From NCBI GenBank assembly GCA_009782385.1, contig WRJE01000002.1:2663-66662 (forward strand): a DNA stretch of 64,000 nucleotides, in the 5' to 3' direction. A program made the position numbers and the translations under genes. The notes under the pieces are model-generated. The model was not told the DNA's origin and did not search any database. It saw only the letters and a program-made list of their open reading frames with translations. This document shows, piece by piece, positions 1-7,917 of the stretch. Numbering within the stretch: the stretch's first letter is position 1; each line of letters starts with the position of its first letter. This stretch comes from Oscillospiraceae bacterium (GTDB taxonomy: Bacteria > Bacillota > Clostridia > Oscillospirales > UBA929).

Positions 1-1
1 A

Positions 2-709
2 ATTTCAAGCGGGCTTATTACAGAGGGTGACAACTGGAAGACATTTGTAGATATTCAAGGCGTTGAGGACTTCTACGGCGACATGGACTTTAAGGTTGCC
101 GGAACGAAAACGGGTATTACCGCGATTCAAATGGACTTGAAGATTGACGGGCTTACTCCGGAAATTATCAAGAGCGCGTTTGACATAACTCGTGACGCGA
201 GATATAAGATACTCGATGAAATTATGCTTGACTGCATACCCGAATCGCGCGATGAAGTCTCCCCCTACGCGCCGAAGATGATTCAGACGCAGATTGATGT
301 TGACAAGATACGCGATGTTATCGGCAAGGGCGGCAGTGTTATACAGAAAATCGTTGCCGACACGGGCGCGAAAATTGACATCGAGGACGATGGGCGCGTG
401 TTTATATCTTCATCGAACCGCGATAACTGCTCTAAAGCACTTAAAATAATAGAATCCATTGTGCTTGACCCGCAGATAGGCGATGTGTTCTACGGCAAGG
501 TTACGCGCATTATGACATTTGGTGTGTTTGTTGAGTTTGCGCCCGGCAAAGAGGGTATGGTGCATATCTCAAAGCTGGCTAAAGAGCGTGTTGCCAAGTG
601 TGAAGATGTGGTTAATATCGGAGATATGACATGGATTAAGTTCATCGAGAAGGACGACAAGGGAAGAATCAATATGTCGAGGAAAGACTGCGAACAGAAT
701 TTTCAGTGA
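2..709 (+). CDS. pnp: Polyribonucleotide nucleotidyltransferase (PNPase), C-terminal part; the 5' end lies outside the window
   Basis: The frame is open from the window edge (ISSGLITEGDNWKTFVDIQGVEDFYGDMDFKVAGT). It continues into a KH module (GKGGSVIQKI) and an S1 module (GDVFYGKVTRIMTFGVFVEF). Confidence 0.9.
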   Translation: MSSGLITEGDNWKTFVDIQGVEDFYGDMDFKVAGTKTGITAIQMDLKIDGLTPEIIKSAFDITRDARYKILDEIMLDCIPESRDEVSPYAPKMIQTQIDVDKIRDVIGKGGSVIQKIVADTGAKIDIEDDGRVFISSSNRDNCSKALKIIESIVLDPQIGDVFYGKVTRIMTFGVFVEFAPGKEGMVHISKLAKERVAKCEDVVNIGDMTWIKFIEKDDKGRINMSRKDCEQNFQ

Positions 710-719
710 TTTATGTGAA

Positions 720-751
720 GTAGGGACACCGCTCGTGAGCGGTGTCCCTAC
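720..751. terminator. Perfect 13-bp hairpin GTAGGGACACCGC-tcgtga-GCGGTGTCCCTAC between convergent genes
   Basis: The palindrome was read directly. It sits 11 nt after the pnp stop and shares the GTAGGG/CCCTAC termini of the repeat family listed below. Confidence 0.6.
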
Positions 752-777
752 CAGAATAGCTTCTGATGTTCATTAAA

Positions 778-1803
778 TCACAACTTCTTTTTATTTTCTA
801 TAATTCTCTTTATAAATTCCGATTTACCGTCTATATAAGCGTCTATATCGTTTCCATGTTTCACGGCAAGCTGCTGTTTCAACTTTCCGTATTCATCTGC
901 GGCTGCTTTATCGCCGCGCAGATAATTCCGAAATTTCAAGTGCCTAATCATTTCCGCGCTGTCTGAGGGGCAAACGTAAAGGTGATGCCGCATAAAATCA
1001 AATTGCTTTATGGGATTGAACGCTTCACGTTCTGCAATACCGTAATCCCCATCATGCCGCCAGCCTGCCACAGCGAGTTTTTCGCAGACTTGCGGGAATA
1101 CTTCATACAACGCAATTTCAATGTCGATGTCAATTATCGGTTTTGCGGCAAGCCCGGTTACAGACGTACTGCCGACATGATGAATGGCGACAGCTAAATA
1201 TCCGAGGTTAGACGCAAGATACTCGCGTATACGCTCGAACTCCCGCGCCCATTGCGGATTATATGGCTCAACGACAATCGGACTTAGCCATTTCCCACGC
1301 CTATAAATGGAAGTATATGTTAGCTTCCCGTTAATCCGCTCCGATTTCATAAGGTCAATCGTGCCAATCGTTTCATTAAACGGCTCAATAACCCACGGTT
1401 TTATATCTGTCACAACTTCACGCCCAAGCGTGATATGCGGTTTGTACTCACGTTTTTCGAGCGCAAATCCCGCAACGTTCAGCTTGTCGGTCAACTCCCG
1501 CTGTAAATCCAATAACGGCTTGCTCCCATGCAGACCTGCCCACCATATATCGCCGCCGTCACGTTTGAAGCGACCAACGCAATCAATCGTTATGTTGAAC
1601 AATTCAAAACTGACGGTATCCAGTACAGATTTCACGGCGGCGGTTTGCTTATCGTCACACTCGCCGAGAAAAGCGAGGGTTAGGTGCAGATTTTCCGGCG
1701 CGGAGAAGTTGCCGCGCTGTGATTTGCCGCGCAGTTCATCACGCAAGGCGAGCAAGCGCGAACGGGTTTCATTATTGAAGTTGACGGCGATAAACAAACG
1801 CAT
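778..1803 (-). CDS. Fusion protein: N-terminal 2H phosphoesterase (RNA 2',3'-cyclic phosphodiesterase ThpR/LigT-like) plus C-terminal GrpB-family nucleotidyltransferase-fold domain
   Basis: It has the two H-x-T-x motifs of the 2H family (HLTLAFLG and HITLGRE). A GrpB-like segment follows (VEPYNPQWAREFERI...HHVGSTSV...KPIIDIDI). The start codon abuts the stop of the upstream gene. Confidence 0.7.
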   Translation of the reverse strand: MRLFIAVNFNNETRSRLLALRDELRGKSQRGNFSAPENLHLTLAFLGECDDKQTAAVKSVLDTVSFELFNITIDCVGRFKRDGGDIWWAGLHGSKPLLDLQRELTDKLNVAGFALEKREYKPHITLGREVVTDIKPWVIEPFNETIGTIDLMKSERINGKLTYTSIYRRGKWLSPIVVEPYNPQWAREFERIREYLASNLGYLAVAIHHVGSTSVTGLAAKPIIDIDIEIALYEVFPQVCEKLAVAGWRHDGDYGIAEREAFNPIKQFDFMRHHLYVCPSDSAEMIRHLKFRNYLRGDKAAADEYGKLKQQLAVKHGNDIDAYIDGKSEFIKRIIENKKKL

Positions 1804-1992
1804 CTATTTCCCACGATCCCTTATCAAGCGGGATAGACTTCTATCATAAGATGCCTCCGCCTCTTTAGAAAAGAAGCACGCCGGGAACTCGCCGCCTTTT
1901 AGGTGGTAGGCTATGCACTCGCAGCATTTCCCACGGCGAGGGCAGGAGTATGTACACGGACATTTCATGGACTTGTTGTTTTCACAGGACAT
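1804..1992 (-). CDS. Small cysteine-rich protein (DUF6485-like)
   Basis: It is 62 aa with a CPCTYSCPRRGKCCECIAYH...PACFF pattern. It is translationally packed between the yjbQ-like and LigT-GrpB genes. Confidence 0.55.
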   Translation of the reverse strand: MSCENNKSMKCPCTYSCPRRGKCCECIAYHLKGGEFPACFFSKEAEASYDRSLSRLIRDRGK

Positions 1993-1996
1993 TTCG

Positions 1997-2392
1997 TCAC
2001 GCTCCTATTATTTTCACATAAAATTTTCGATTCCTCGGCGGGTCGAACTCGCAAAAGTAAATTCCCTGCCAAGTTCCCAAAACCAGTTTACCGCCATCTA
2101 TTATCACCGTTGCGCTCGAACCCATCGCCGATGCTTTCAAATGAGCAGCACTATTACCCTCGCCATGCCGGAACTCCGCACGGTCGGGAAACGCCTTGTT
2201 AAGCCCGATGAGCAAATCGTGGATCACATCCGGGTCTGCGTTTTCATTAATCGTAATCCCCGCCGTTGTATGCGGGCAGTAGACCACGGCTATACCGCTC
2301 GTTATACCGCTATTGGCAACGGCTTCACGGACTTGTGTGGTAATGTTATATAAATCCTCGCGCTGTGCGGATAGAGTGTATTTGTAGAGCAT
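1997..2392 (-). CDS. yjbQ: YjbQ/UPF0047 family protein (secondary thiamine-phosphate synthase enzyme family)
   Basis: Family motifs are present: HTTAGITINENADPDV, HGEGNSAAHLKAS and LGTWQGIYFCEFD. Confidence 0.75.
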   Translation of the reverse strand: MLYKYTLSAQREDLYNITTQVREAVANSGITSGIAVVYCPHTTAGITINENADPDVIHDLLIGLNKAFPDRAEFRHGEGNSAAHLKASAMGSSATVIIDGGKLVLGTWQGIYFCEFDPPRNRKFYVKIIGA

Positions 2393-2599
2393 AATTTATC
2401 TCCTATATTTCGCTTTATCTATAAACATTATATCATAATTATTAGTTGATGCAATATACCAGACGCATATTAGGTTTAATTTTTCTTGTTACAAACGAAC
2501 CAATAATTATTGCCTGCCGGGGGTTGCGCCCCGGCGGGTTTTGTGTTAGAATATACAGGGTAATAATGCGCGAATTTTCATCTTTAAGGAGATATTTAT

Positions 2600-2941
2600 A
2601 TGAAACTGTCGGACGTTAAAACCATTCTGGACGCGAAGATTTTCTGCCACGATGATCTGCTTGACGAGGAGGTTAACTCGGCTTGCGGCTCTGATTTGAT
2701 GAGCGATGTTTTGGCGTTCGTTAAAAACCAGAGCATACTTTTGACAGGTCTTAACAATCAGCAGGTCGTGCGGACAGCCGAAATGATGGACATGAGCTGC
2801 ATTGTTTTCGTGCGAGGGAAAGCACCGGAGGCATCTGTCATTAACCTTGCGGAGGCTCGTGGGCTTGCGCTTATGGCGACTGAGCTTACTATGTATCAAG
2901 CGTGCGGGAAGCTGTATGCCGCCGGATTGGGTGATACATAA
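2600..2941 (+). CDS. DRTGG domain protein (copy 1), hydrogenase-associated regulator module
   Basis: It is 113 aa with GSDLMSDVLAF...LLTGL...VRTAEMMD, and is a paralogue of 5673-6008. Its stop overlaps the next start (TAATG). Confidence 0.65.
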   Translation: MKLSDVKTILDAKIFCHDDLLDEEVNSACGSDLMSDVLAFVKNQSILLTGLNNQQVVRTAEMMDMSCIVFVRGKAPEASVINLAEARGLALMATELTMYQACGKLYAAGLGDT

Positions 2942-3360
2942 TGGAAGCTCTCAGATTAGAGTTTAACATAGACGGCGATGATTTCCAAGCCGCCGGAGAG
3001 GCTTCGTCAAAGACTAAACGCGCCCTTAAAAAACTGGGGCTGCCTCCTGATACCATACGCCGGGTGGCTATTTGTATGTATGAGGGCGAGATTAACATGG
3101 TAATCCACGCGAACGGAGGCACTGTCACGGTCGAAGTGGACGAAACCGCCGTAAAAATTACTCTTGCCGACCGCGGTCCGGGCATCCCGGATATATCCTC
3201 CGCGCTGACGGAAGGATTCTCGACCGCCACGAACCAAATACGCGAACTGGGATTCGGCGCGGGCATGGGGCTTCCCAATATGAGAAAGTATTGCGATGAT
3301 ATGGATATAAAAACGGAGCTGAACGTTGGAACAACGGTAACTATGACGGTTAATTTTTAG
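2941..3360 (+). CDS. GHKL/HATPase_c ATP-binding protein, SpoIIAB-like serine-kinase fold
   Basis: It shows an N-box-like EGEINMVIHANGG and a G-box DRGPGIPD...GFGAGMGLPNM. Confidence 0.65.
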   Translation: MEALRLEFNIDGDDFQAAGEASSKTKRALKKLGLPPDTIRRVAICMYEGEINMVIHANGGTVTVEVDETAVKITLADRGPGIPDISSALTEGFSTATNQIRELGFGAGMGLPNMRKYCDDMDIKTELNVGTTVTMTVNF

Positions 3361-3382
3361 AAGAGATTTCAGAGGGTTTGAT

Positions 3383-4663
3383 ATGCCGATTTCGGTGCGA
3401 TTGGACAAAGAAAAATGCAAAGGCTGCACACGTTGTGTAAAGCAATGTCCTGTTGAAGCCATTCGTGTGCGGTTCGGTCATGCCAAAATATTGGAAAATA
3501 AGTGTATAGACTGCGGGCAATGCGTTAGGGCTTGCCCCCAACGGGCAAAAAAAGCCGTTGCTGATCCGCTTGAGAGAATGGATGATTTCAAGCACACGAT
3601 TGTGCTGCCCGCGCCCGCCCTCTATGGGCAATTCCACAATCTTGACAACATAAATGTTGTTCTTCAGGCGTTGTTGGACATGGGTTTTGACGAGGTGTTT
3701 GAGGTTGCCGCCGCCGCCGACATGATATCGGATTTGACGGCGCGAGAGCTTTATGAAAGAGCCTTTGAAAAGCCCGTAATATCTTCTGCCTGCCCCGCTG
3801 TCGTAAGGCTTATAAGGCAGAGATTTCCTAACCTTATACCGCATATCTCGCGGCATATCGCACCTGTTGAGCTTGCGGCGAAAATCGCGCGTGAACGCGC
3901 CGTTCTCAGAACGGGGCTTTCCGACAGCGACATCGGGGTTTTCTTTGTAACGCCTTGTCCCGCCAAGGTGACGGAGGCGCATAATCCTATCGGGCTGGAT
4001 GAACCCGTTATTAACTATGCCGTATCAATGGCGGATGTTTATAAGCGGTTGCTGCCGCTTATGAAGAAGTCAGATAATCTGCCGGAATTACGTACATCCG
4101 GGCTTGTGGGCGTTGGATGGGCTGTCGCCGGAGGCGAATCCGCGCCGCTTAAAAAATATAACGCTATCGCCTGCGATGGGCTTGACAACGTTATCAAACT
4201 TTTGGATTCCATTGAGGACGGGCAGCTGCCGGAGGTAGACTACATAGAGCTTTCTGCCTGTGTGCCGGGCTGTGTTGGAGGCTGTTTCACGGTGGAAAAC
4301 CCGTTCGCGGCTCGTTCGCGGATTGTAAGGTTCACGGGGTCTGAGACGGCGAACACGCCCGTGGATATAAATGACGTTCACAGATTCTGGCGCACGAAGC
4401 GCATTAAGCATATACCGTCTACTATACTTGACGAGGATTTTGGAAAGGCTATACAGAAGCTGAAACAAATTGATATGCTGACATTAAAACTGCCGGGATT
4501 GGACTGCGGTTCGTGCGGAACGCCGGGCTGTCACGCGCTGGCTCAGGACGTTATATTGGGTTATGCCGATGAATCGGACTGCATCTTCAACGCAAGAGAC
4601 AGCATGGACGGCACGGATTATTTGCCGCCGCCGTTCAGAAGGCAGGGGACAGAGAACAGTTAA
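3383..4663 (+). CDS. [FeFe]-hydrogenase-like protein, putative sensory type (HydS-like, no PAS domain)
   Basis: The N-terminus has 2x CxxCxxCxxxCP ferredoxin motifs. H-cluster motif variants are SSACP (L1), TPCPAKVTE (L2) and SACVPGCVGG (L3). The C-terminus has a CGSCGTPGC Fe-S motif. Confidence 0.7.
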   Translation: MPISVRLDKEKCKGCTRCVKQCPVEAIRVRFGHAKILENKCIDCGQCVRACPQRAKKAVADPLERMDDFKHTIVLPAPALYGQFHNLDNINVVLQALLDMGFDEVFEVAAAADMISDLTARELYERAFEKPVISSACPAVVRLIRQRFPNLIPHISRHIAPVELAAKIARERAVLRTGLSDSDIGVFFVTPCPAKVTEAHNPIGLDEPVINYAVSMADVYKRLLPLMKKSDNLPELRTSGLVGVGWAVAGGESAPLKKYNAIACDGLDNVIKLLDSIEDGQLPEVDYIELSACVPGCVGGCFTVENPFAARSRIVRFTGSETANTPVDINDVHRFWRTKRIKHIPSTILDEDFGKAIQKLKQIDMLTLKLPGLDCGSCGTPGCHALAQDVILGYADESDCIFNARDSMDGTDYLPPPFRRQGTENS

Positions 4664-4678
4664 CAGAGAACAACGGAC

Positions 4679-4836
4679 GGCGCGTCAAGAATGCCGCGCC
4701 CTACGTAGGGGCGGTCGTCCCGTCCGCCCGCGTTAAATATATAATGTGCCGTTTTTTACCAACGGGACGACCAAGGGTGTCCCCTACAGGAGAAATTTGC
4801 GGACTTGACAACAACCCCGTCCCTACAAGGGGATAC
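4679..4836. repeat. Composite GTAGGGG...CCCCTAC palindromic intergenic element (REP-like), copy 1
   Basis: It contains the hairpin GGCGCGtcaagaatgcCGCGCC. Then come GTAGGGGCGGTCGTCCCGTCCGCCCGCGTTAAA, an AT-rich core and GGGTGTCCCCTAC, followed by a second CCCTACAAGGGGA. The left arm is near-identical to 13724-13760. Confidence 0.75.
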
Positions 4837-4869
4837 AATTTGTGAGCAAACAAAGAAAATGAATCATAT

Positions 4870-5481
4870 TTACCAAGATGTGATTGTTAGGGAAGGCCAA
4901 GTTTGAATCCATTTTTGAACTTTCTTATCATAGATTTCTTTCGTAATCTTCGCTTTGTTAGGTCGGACTATCTGTGAAAACAAGTCGTTCAGCCCAAAAG
5001 GAGCGTAAACTTGAAACCGGTTGTTCATGAGCCTAACACCTACAGATGTCGCTGTCGTAGGCCAAGTGTTTATTGCGGATTCGATAGAGTTATAAGGTGC
5101 GATGTCGTATCCAAAGTGATTTCCGTACCACAGATGAACCCTTGCTTGATTTTTCACATCTATTTTGAGTGGGCAATCTGAAAACTTATTTTGAATTGTC
5201 TGAATTACCATATTTTCTGATTCCAATGATAAATCGCAATCAAAATAAACGAAATCAATATCGTTGATTCCTTTTAACGGAGGATTACCGTTTTGGTAGT
5301 TCCACACAGTTTGTGCGATACATCCGGCGCCGATATAGTATTCAGGTAAGTTTAGGGTCTGACTTTCTTCGATGATTTGGTAAAGAAGTCTATTATCACA
5401 GAGGATTTTGTGCAATATCTCGGCTTGATTTGATAATTGAGCGTTTTTTCCTATCATTCCATCACGTCCGTTTATTAACAT
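4870..5481 (-). CDS. Nucleotidyltransferase family protein (PF06042/DUF925-like)
   Basis: It has GAGCIAQTVWN and DIDFVYFD motifs. The gene is visibly more AT-rich than its flanks. Confidence 0.55.
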   Translation of the reverse strand: MLINGRDGMIGKNAQLSNQAEILHKILCDNRLLYQIIEESQTLNLPEYYIGAGCIAQTVWNYQNGNPPLKGINDIDFVYFDCDLSLESENMVIQTIQNKFSDCPLKIDVKNQARVHLWYGNHFGYDIAPYNSIESAINTWPTTATSVGVRLMNNRFQVYAPFGLNDLFSQIVRPNKAKITKEIYDKKVQKWIQTWPSLTITSW

Positions 5482-5672
5482 TATTATTGCAATGCCGCAG
5501 AGCCTTAGAGTTAGACTTCACCTTCTGCCTGCCACGCTTATTATCCCATATTCATTACAGGATAACAAGTTTTTTGATACAGGATAATGAAATATTTTCT
5601 AACGGAGAGCCTCTATGTTTAATGCTGTGTTTTACGTTTTGTACAAACTTAATAGAATAAGCAGGTGTAATT

Positions 5673-6008
5673 ATGATAGTTAAGGACTTGATAAACGCGC
5701 TGGGATGTGATATGCTGTCGGGGACGGAGGATACTCTGTCACGCGAAGTCACGGGCGGGTACTGCGGCGACCTGTTGAGTTGGGTCATGGGACGCGCCGG
5801 AGAGGGTGAAGCATGGGTCACGATTATGCCCAACGTCAACGTTGCGGCCGTTGCGTCACTGACCGATGTATCATGCGTCATTCTGGCGGAGGGCGTTAAG
5901 CCCGACGCGGTTCTCTTGGAACGCGCGATAAGGGAGGAGCTTCCGCTGCTTGCGAGTAAACTGTCGGCGTTTGAGCTATGCGTGAAAATCGGTGATTCTC
6001 TTAAATGA
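5673..6008 (+). CDS. DRTGG domain protein (copy 2)
   Basis: It has GGYCGDLLSWVM...NVNVAAVASL, and is a paralogue of 2600-2941. It overlaps the next gene by 4 nt. Confidence 0.65.
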   Translation: MIVKDLINALGCDMLSGTEDTLSREVTGGYCGDLLSWVMGRAGEGEAWVTIMPNVNVAAVASLTDVSCVILAEGVKPDAVLLERAIREELPLLASKLSAFELCVKIGDSLK

Positions 6009-6703
6009 GAGCTTTTTACGATTTGCATATTCACTCGTGCCTCTCTCCCTGCGGCGACACGGATATGACCCCCGGTAATATCGCGGGTATGGCGGCTCTC
6101 TGCGGTCTGCAAATTATAGCCGTTGCCGACCATAACACCTGCCGGCATTGCCCCGCAGTAGTTGCGGCGGCGCGTGAACACGGATTACTCGCCGTTCCGG
6201 CGATGGAGCTTACAACAGCGGAAGAGGCGCACATTTTGTGTCTGCTGCCTGATTTAGACGCGGCGGCGGCGTTTTCGGACTATGTGTACGCCAGATTGCC
6301 GGACATAAAAAACAGGGCGGATATCTTCGGTGAACAGACTATACTCGGCGAAGGTGACGAGCCTGTCGGAGTTGAGGAGAGGTTGCTGCTCTCCGCCACG
6401 TCAATAAGCGTCTATGACACCGCGCCGCTCTTGAAAAGTTTCGGAGGTGTCGCGATCCCGGCGCATATCGACCGTTCATCGTTTTCCGTTATGTCGAACC
6501 TTGGTATGTGGGACGACAGTTGGGGATTTGCCGCGTATGAGGTTTACAATCGGGGAAAAGACTATCCGGAATTGAACGAGCTAAAACGCATATCAAACTC
6601 CGACGCACATAACCTAGAATCCATGCGTGACGCGGAAAATGAACTGGAAATTAAAACAATGAGCGCAAAATCAGTTATTGAACAGTTGAGAGTGGAGAAT
6701 TGA
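6005..6703 (+). CDS. PHP-domain phosphoesterase
   Basis: The N-terminal DLHIHSCLSPCGD and the later AVADHNT, IPAHIDR and NSDAH histidine clusters are typical of PHP domains. Confidence 0.7.
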   Translation: MRAFYDLHIHSCLSPCGDTDMTPGNIAGMAALCGLQIIAVADHNTCRHCPAVVAAAREHGLLAVPAMELTTAEEAHILCLLPDLDAAAAFSDYVYARLPDIKNRADIFGEQTILGEGDEPVGVEERLLLSATSISVYDTAPLLKSFGGVAIPAHIDRSSFSVMSNLGMWDDSWGFAAYEVYNRGKDYPELNELKRISNSDAHNLESMRDAENELEIKTMSAKSVIEQLRVEN

Positions 6704-6770
6704 GAATTGAGAATTATGGCGGCAAATAAAAACATAATAACTCTCAATTCTCAACTCTCAATTCTTAATT
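6689..6770. repeat. Imperfect inverted repeat built from GAGAATT heptamers (GAGAATTGAGAATTGAGAATT ... AATTCTCAACTCTCAATTC)
   Basis: Read directly. The left arm overlaps the last codons of the PHP gene. The element lies between the PHP gene and nuoE/hydC. Confidence 0.7.
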
Positions 6771-6792
6771 AAATAAAGGAGGTTTAGGCGGT

Positions 6793-7290
6793 ATGCCCAA
6801 TCAAAAAACCAAGATACCCTTCAAAGGCACACCCGAGCAAGAGAAGAAACTGCGTGAGGTGATTGAAAAGCATAAGGACGGCAAAGGCTCTACAATGATT
6901 ATCCTGCAAGAGGCGCAGGGGATTTACGGCTATCTGCCCGAGGAAGTGCAGCTTATCATTGCCGAATCTATGGATATGTCATTATCCGAGGTTTACGGCG
7001 TGGTGTCGTTCTATTCACAGTTCTCGCTGAATCCAAAGGGGGAACACGTTGTCGCAGTCTGTATGGGTACGGCGTGTTACGTCAAGGGTGCGGGAGATAT
7101 TCTGGAAAGAATAGAGAAAAAACTTAACTGCAAGGCCGGAGAGGTCACTCCCGACGGCAAGTTCTCAGTTGATGCCGTGCGCTGTATCGGCGCGTGCGGG
7201 CTTGCTCCGGTTATCACCATCGGCGACAATGTTCACGGCAGGCTTGAGGCAGATCAGGTTGACGGCATTTTAGAGCAGTATATGAAATAA
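6793..7290 (+). CDS. hydC: NuoE-like [2Fe-2S] subunit of bifurcating hydrogenase (HydC)
   Basis: Its thioredoxin-like 2Fe-2S motifs are VCMGTACYVKG and CIGACGLAP. A strong AAGGAGG ribosome-binding site precedes it. Confidence 0.85.
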   Translation: MPNQKTKIPFKGTPEQEKKLREVIEKHKDGKGSTMIILQEAQGIYGYLPEEVQLIIAESMDMSLSEVYGVVSFYSQFSLNPKGEHVVAVCMGTACYVKGAGDILERIEKKLNCKAGEVTPDGKFSVDAVRCIGACGLAPVITIGDNVHGRLEADQVDGILEQYMK

Positions 7291-7823
7291 TGACAGAGCT
7301 AAGTCTTTATGTGCTGGACATAGTGCAGAACAGCATAACGGCGGATGCGTCGCGCATTGATGTCAATCTGGTCGAGCGTTTAGGCACATTAACATTTGAG
7401 GTAAAAGACAACGGGCGCGGCATGAGCGCGGAAATGGCGGAGAAGGTCACCGACCCGTTTACCACATCGCGGACGACAAGGCGTGTCGGACTGGGACTGC
7501 CGTTCCTAAAACTGGCGGCGGAACAGACCGGCGGGAGCTTAGAACTCTCCAGTGAGTTGGGCGTTGGCACAAGCCTTTCGGCGTTGTTTCAGACGGAACA
7601 CATCGACATGGTGCCGCTCGGGGATTTTGCCGGAACGGTCGTAACGCTGATACAGGGTGCGCCTGATATACGCTTTGTTATAAAGCGCGGGCGTGATGAC
7701 AAAGAGTATACCCTTGACACGGACGAGCTGCGCGAGGTGTTGGGCGGCGATGTGCCGCTGAATGAACCGGATGTTTTGACATGGATAAACGATTATGTGA
7801 CAGAAAATGAATTGTCGCTGTAG
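7290..7823 (+). CDS. GHKL/HATPase_c ATP-binding protein (copy 2)
   Basis: It has VLDIVQNS, DNGRGMS and GLGLPFL motifs. Its start overlaps the hydC stop. Confidence 0.65.
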   Translation: MTELSLYVLDIVQNSITADASRIDVNLVERLGTLTFEVKDNGRGMSAEMAEKVTDPFTTSRTTRRVGLGLPFLKLAAEQTGGSLELSSELGVGTSLSALFQTEHIDMVPLGDFAGTVVTLIQGAPDIRFVIKRGRDDKEYTLDTDELREVLGGDVPLNEPDVLTWINDYVTENELSL

Positions 7824-7881
7824 GGCGCGACGACCCCGGCGCGCCATATATAAACCACGGGCGGCCGATGACCGCCCCTAC
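7820..7881. repeat. GTAGGG...CCCCTAC palindromic element, copy 2
   Basis: The sequence is GTAGGGCGCGacgaccccgGCGCGCC, an AT core, then GGGCGGccgatgaCCGCCCCTAC. It overlaps the stop of the preceding gene. Confidence 0.7.
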
Positions 7882-7917
7882 AAATGCTAACATAATATTA
7901 TAAGGGAGGAATATATC

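Noticed and set aside
2517-2550. GC hairpin + T-tract (GCCGGGGgttgcgCCCCGGCgggTTTTGTGTT) as a terminator or small-RNA 3' end upstream of the first DRTGG gene
   Set aside because: There is no plus-strand gene or obvious promoter upstream, and the sequence overlaps a possible extended -10 (TGTTAGAAT). I could not decide between a leader or attenuator element and chance, so I did not call it.
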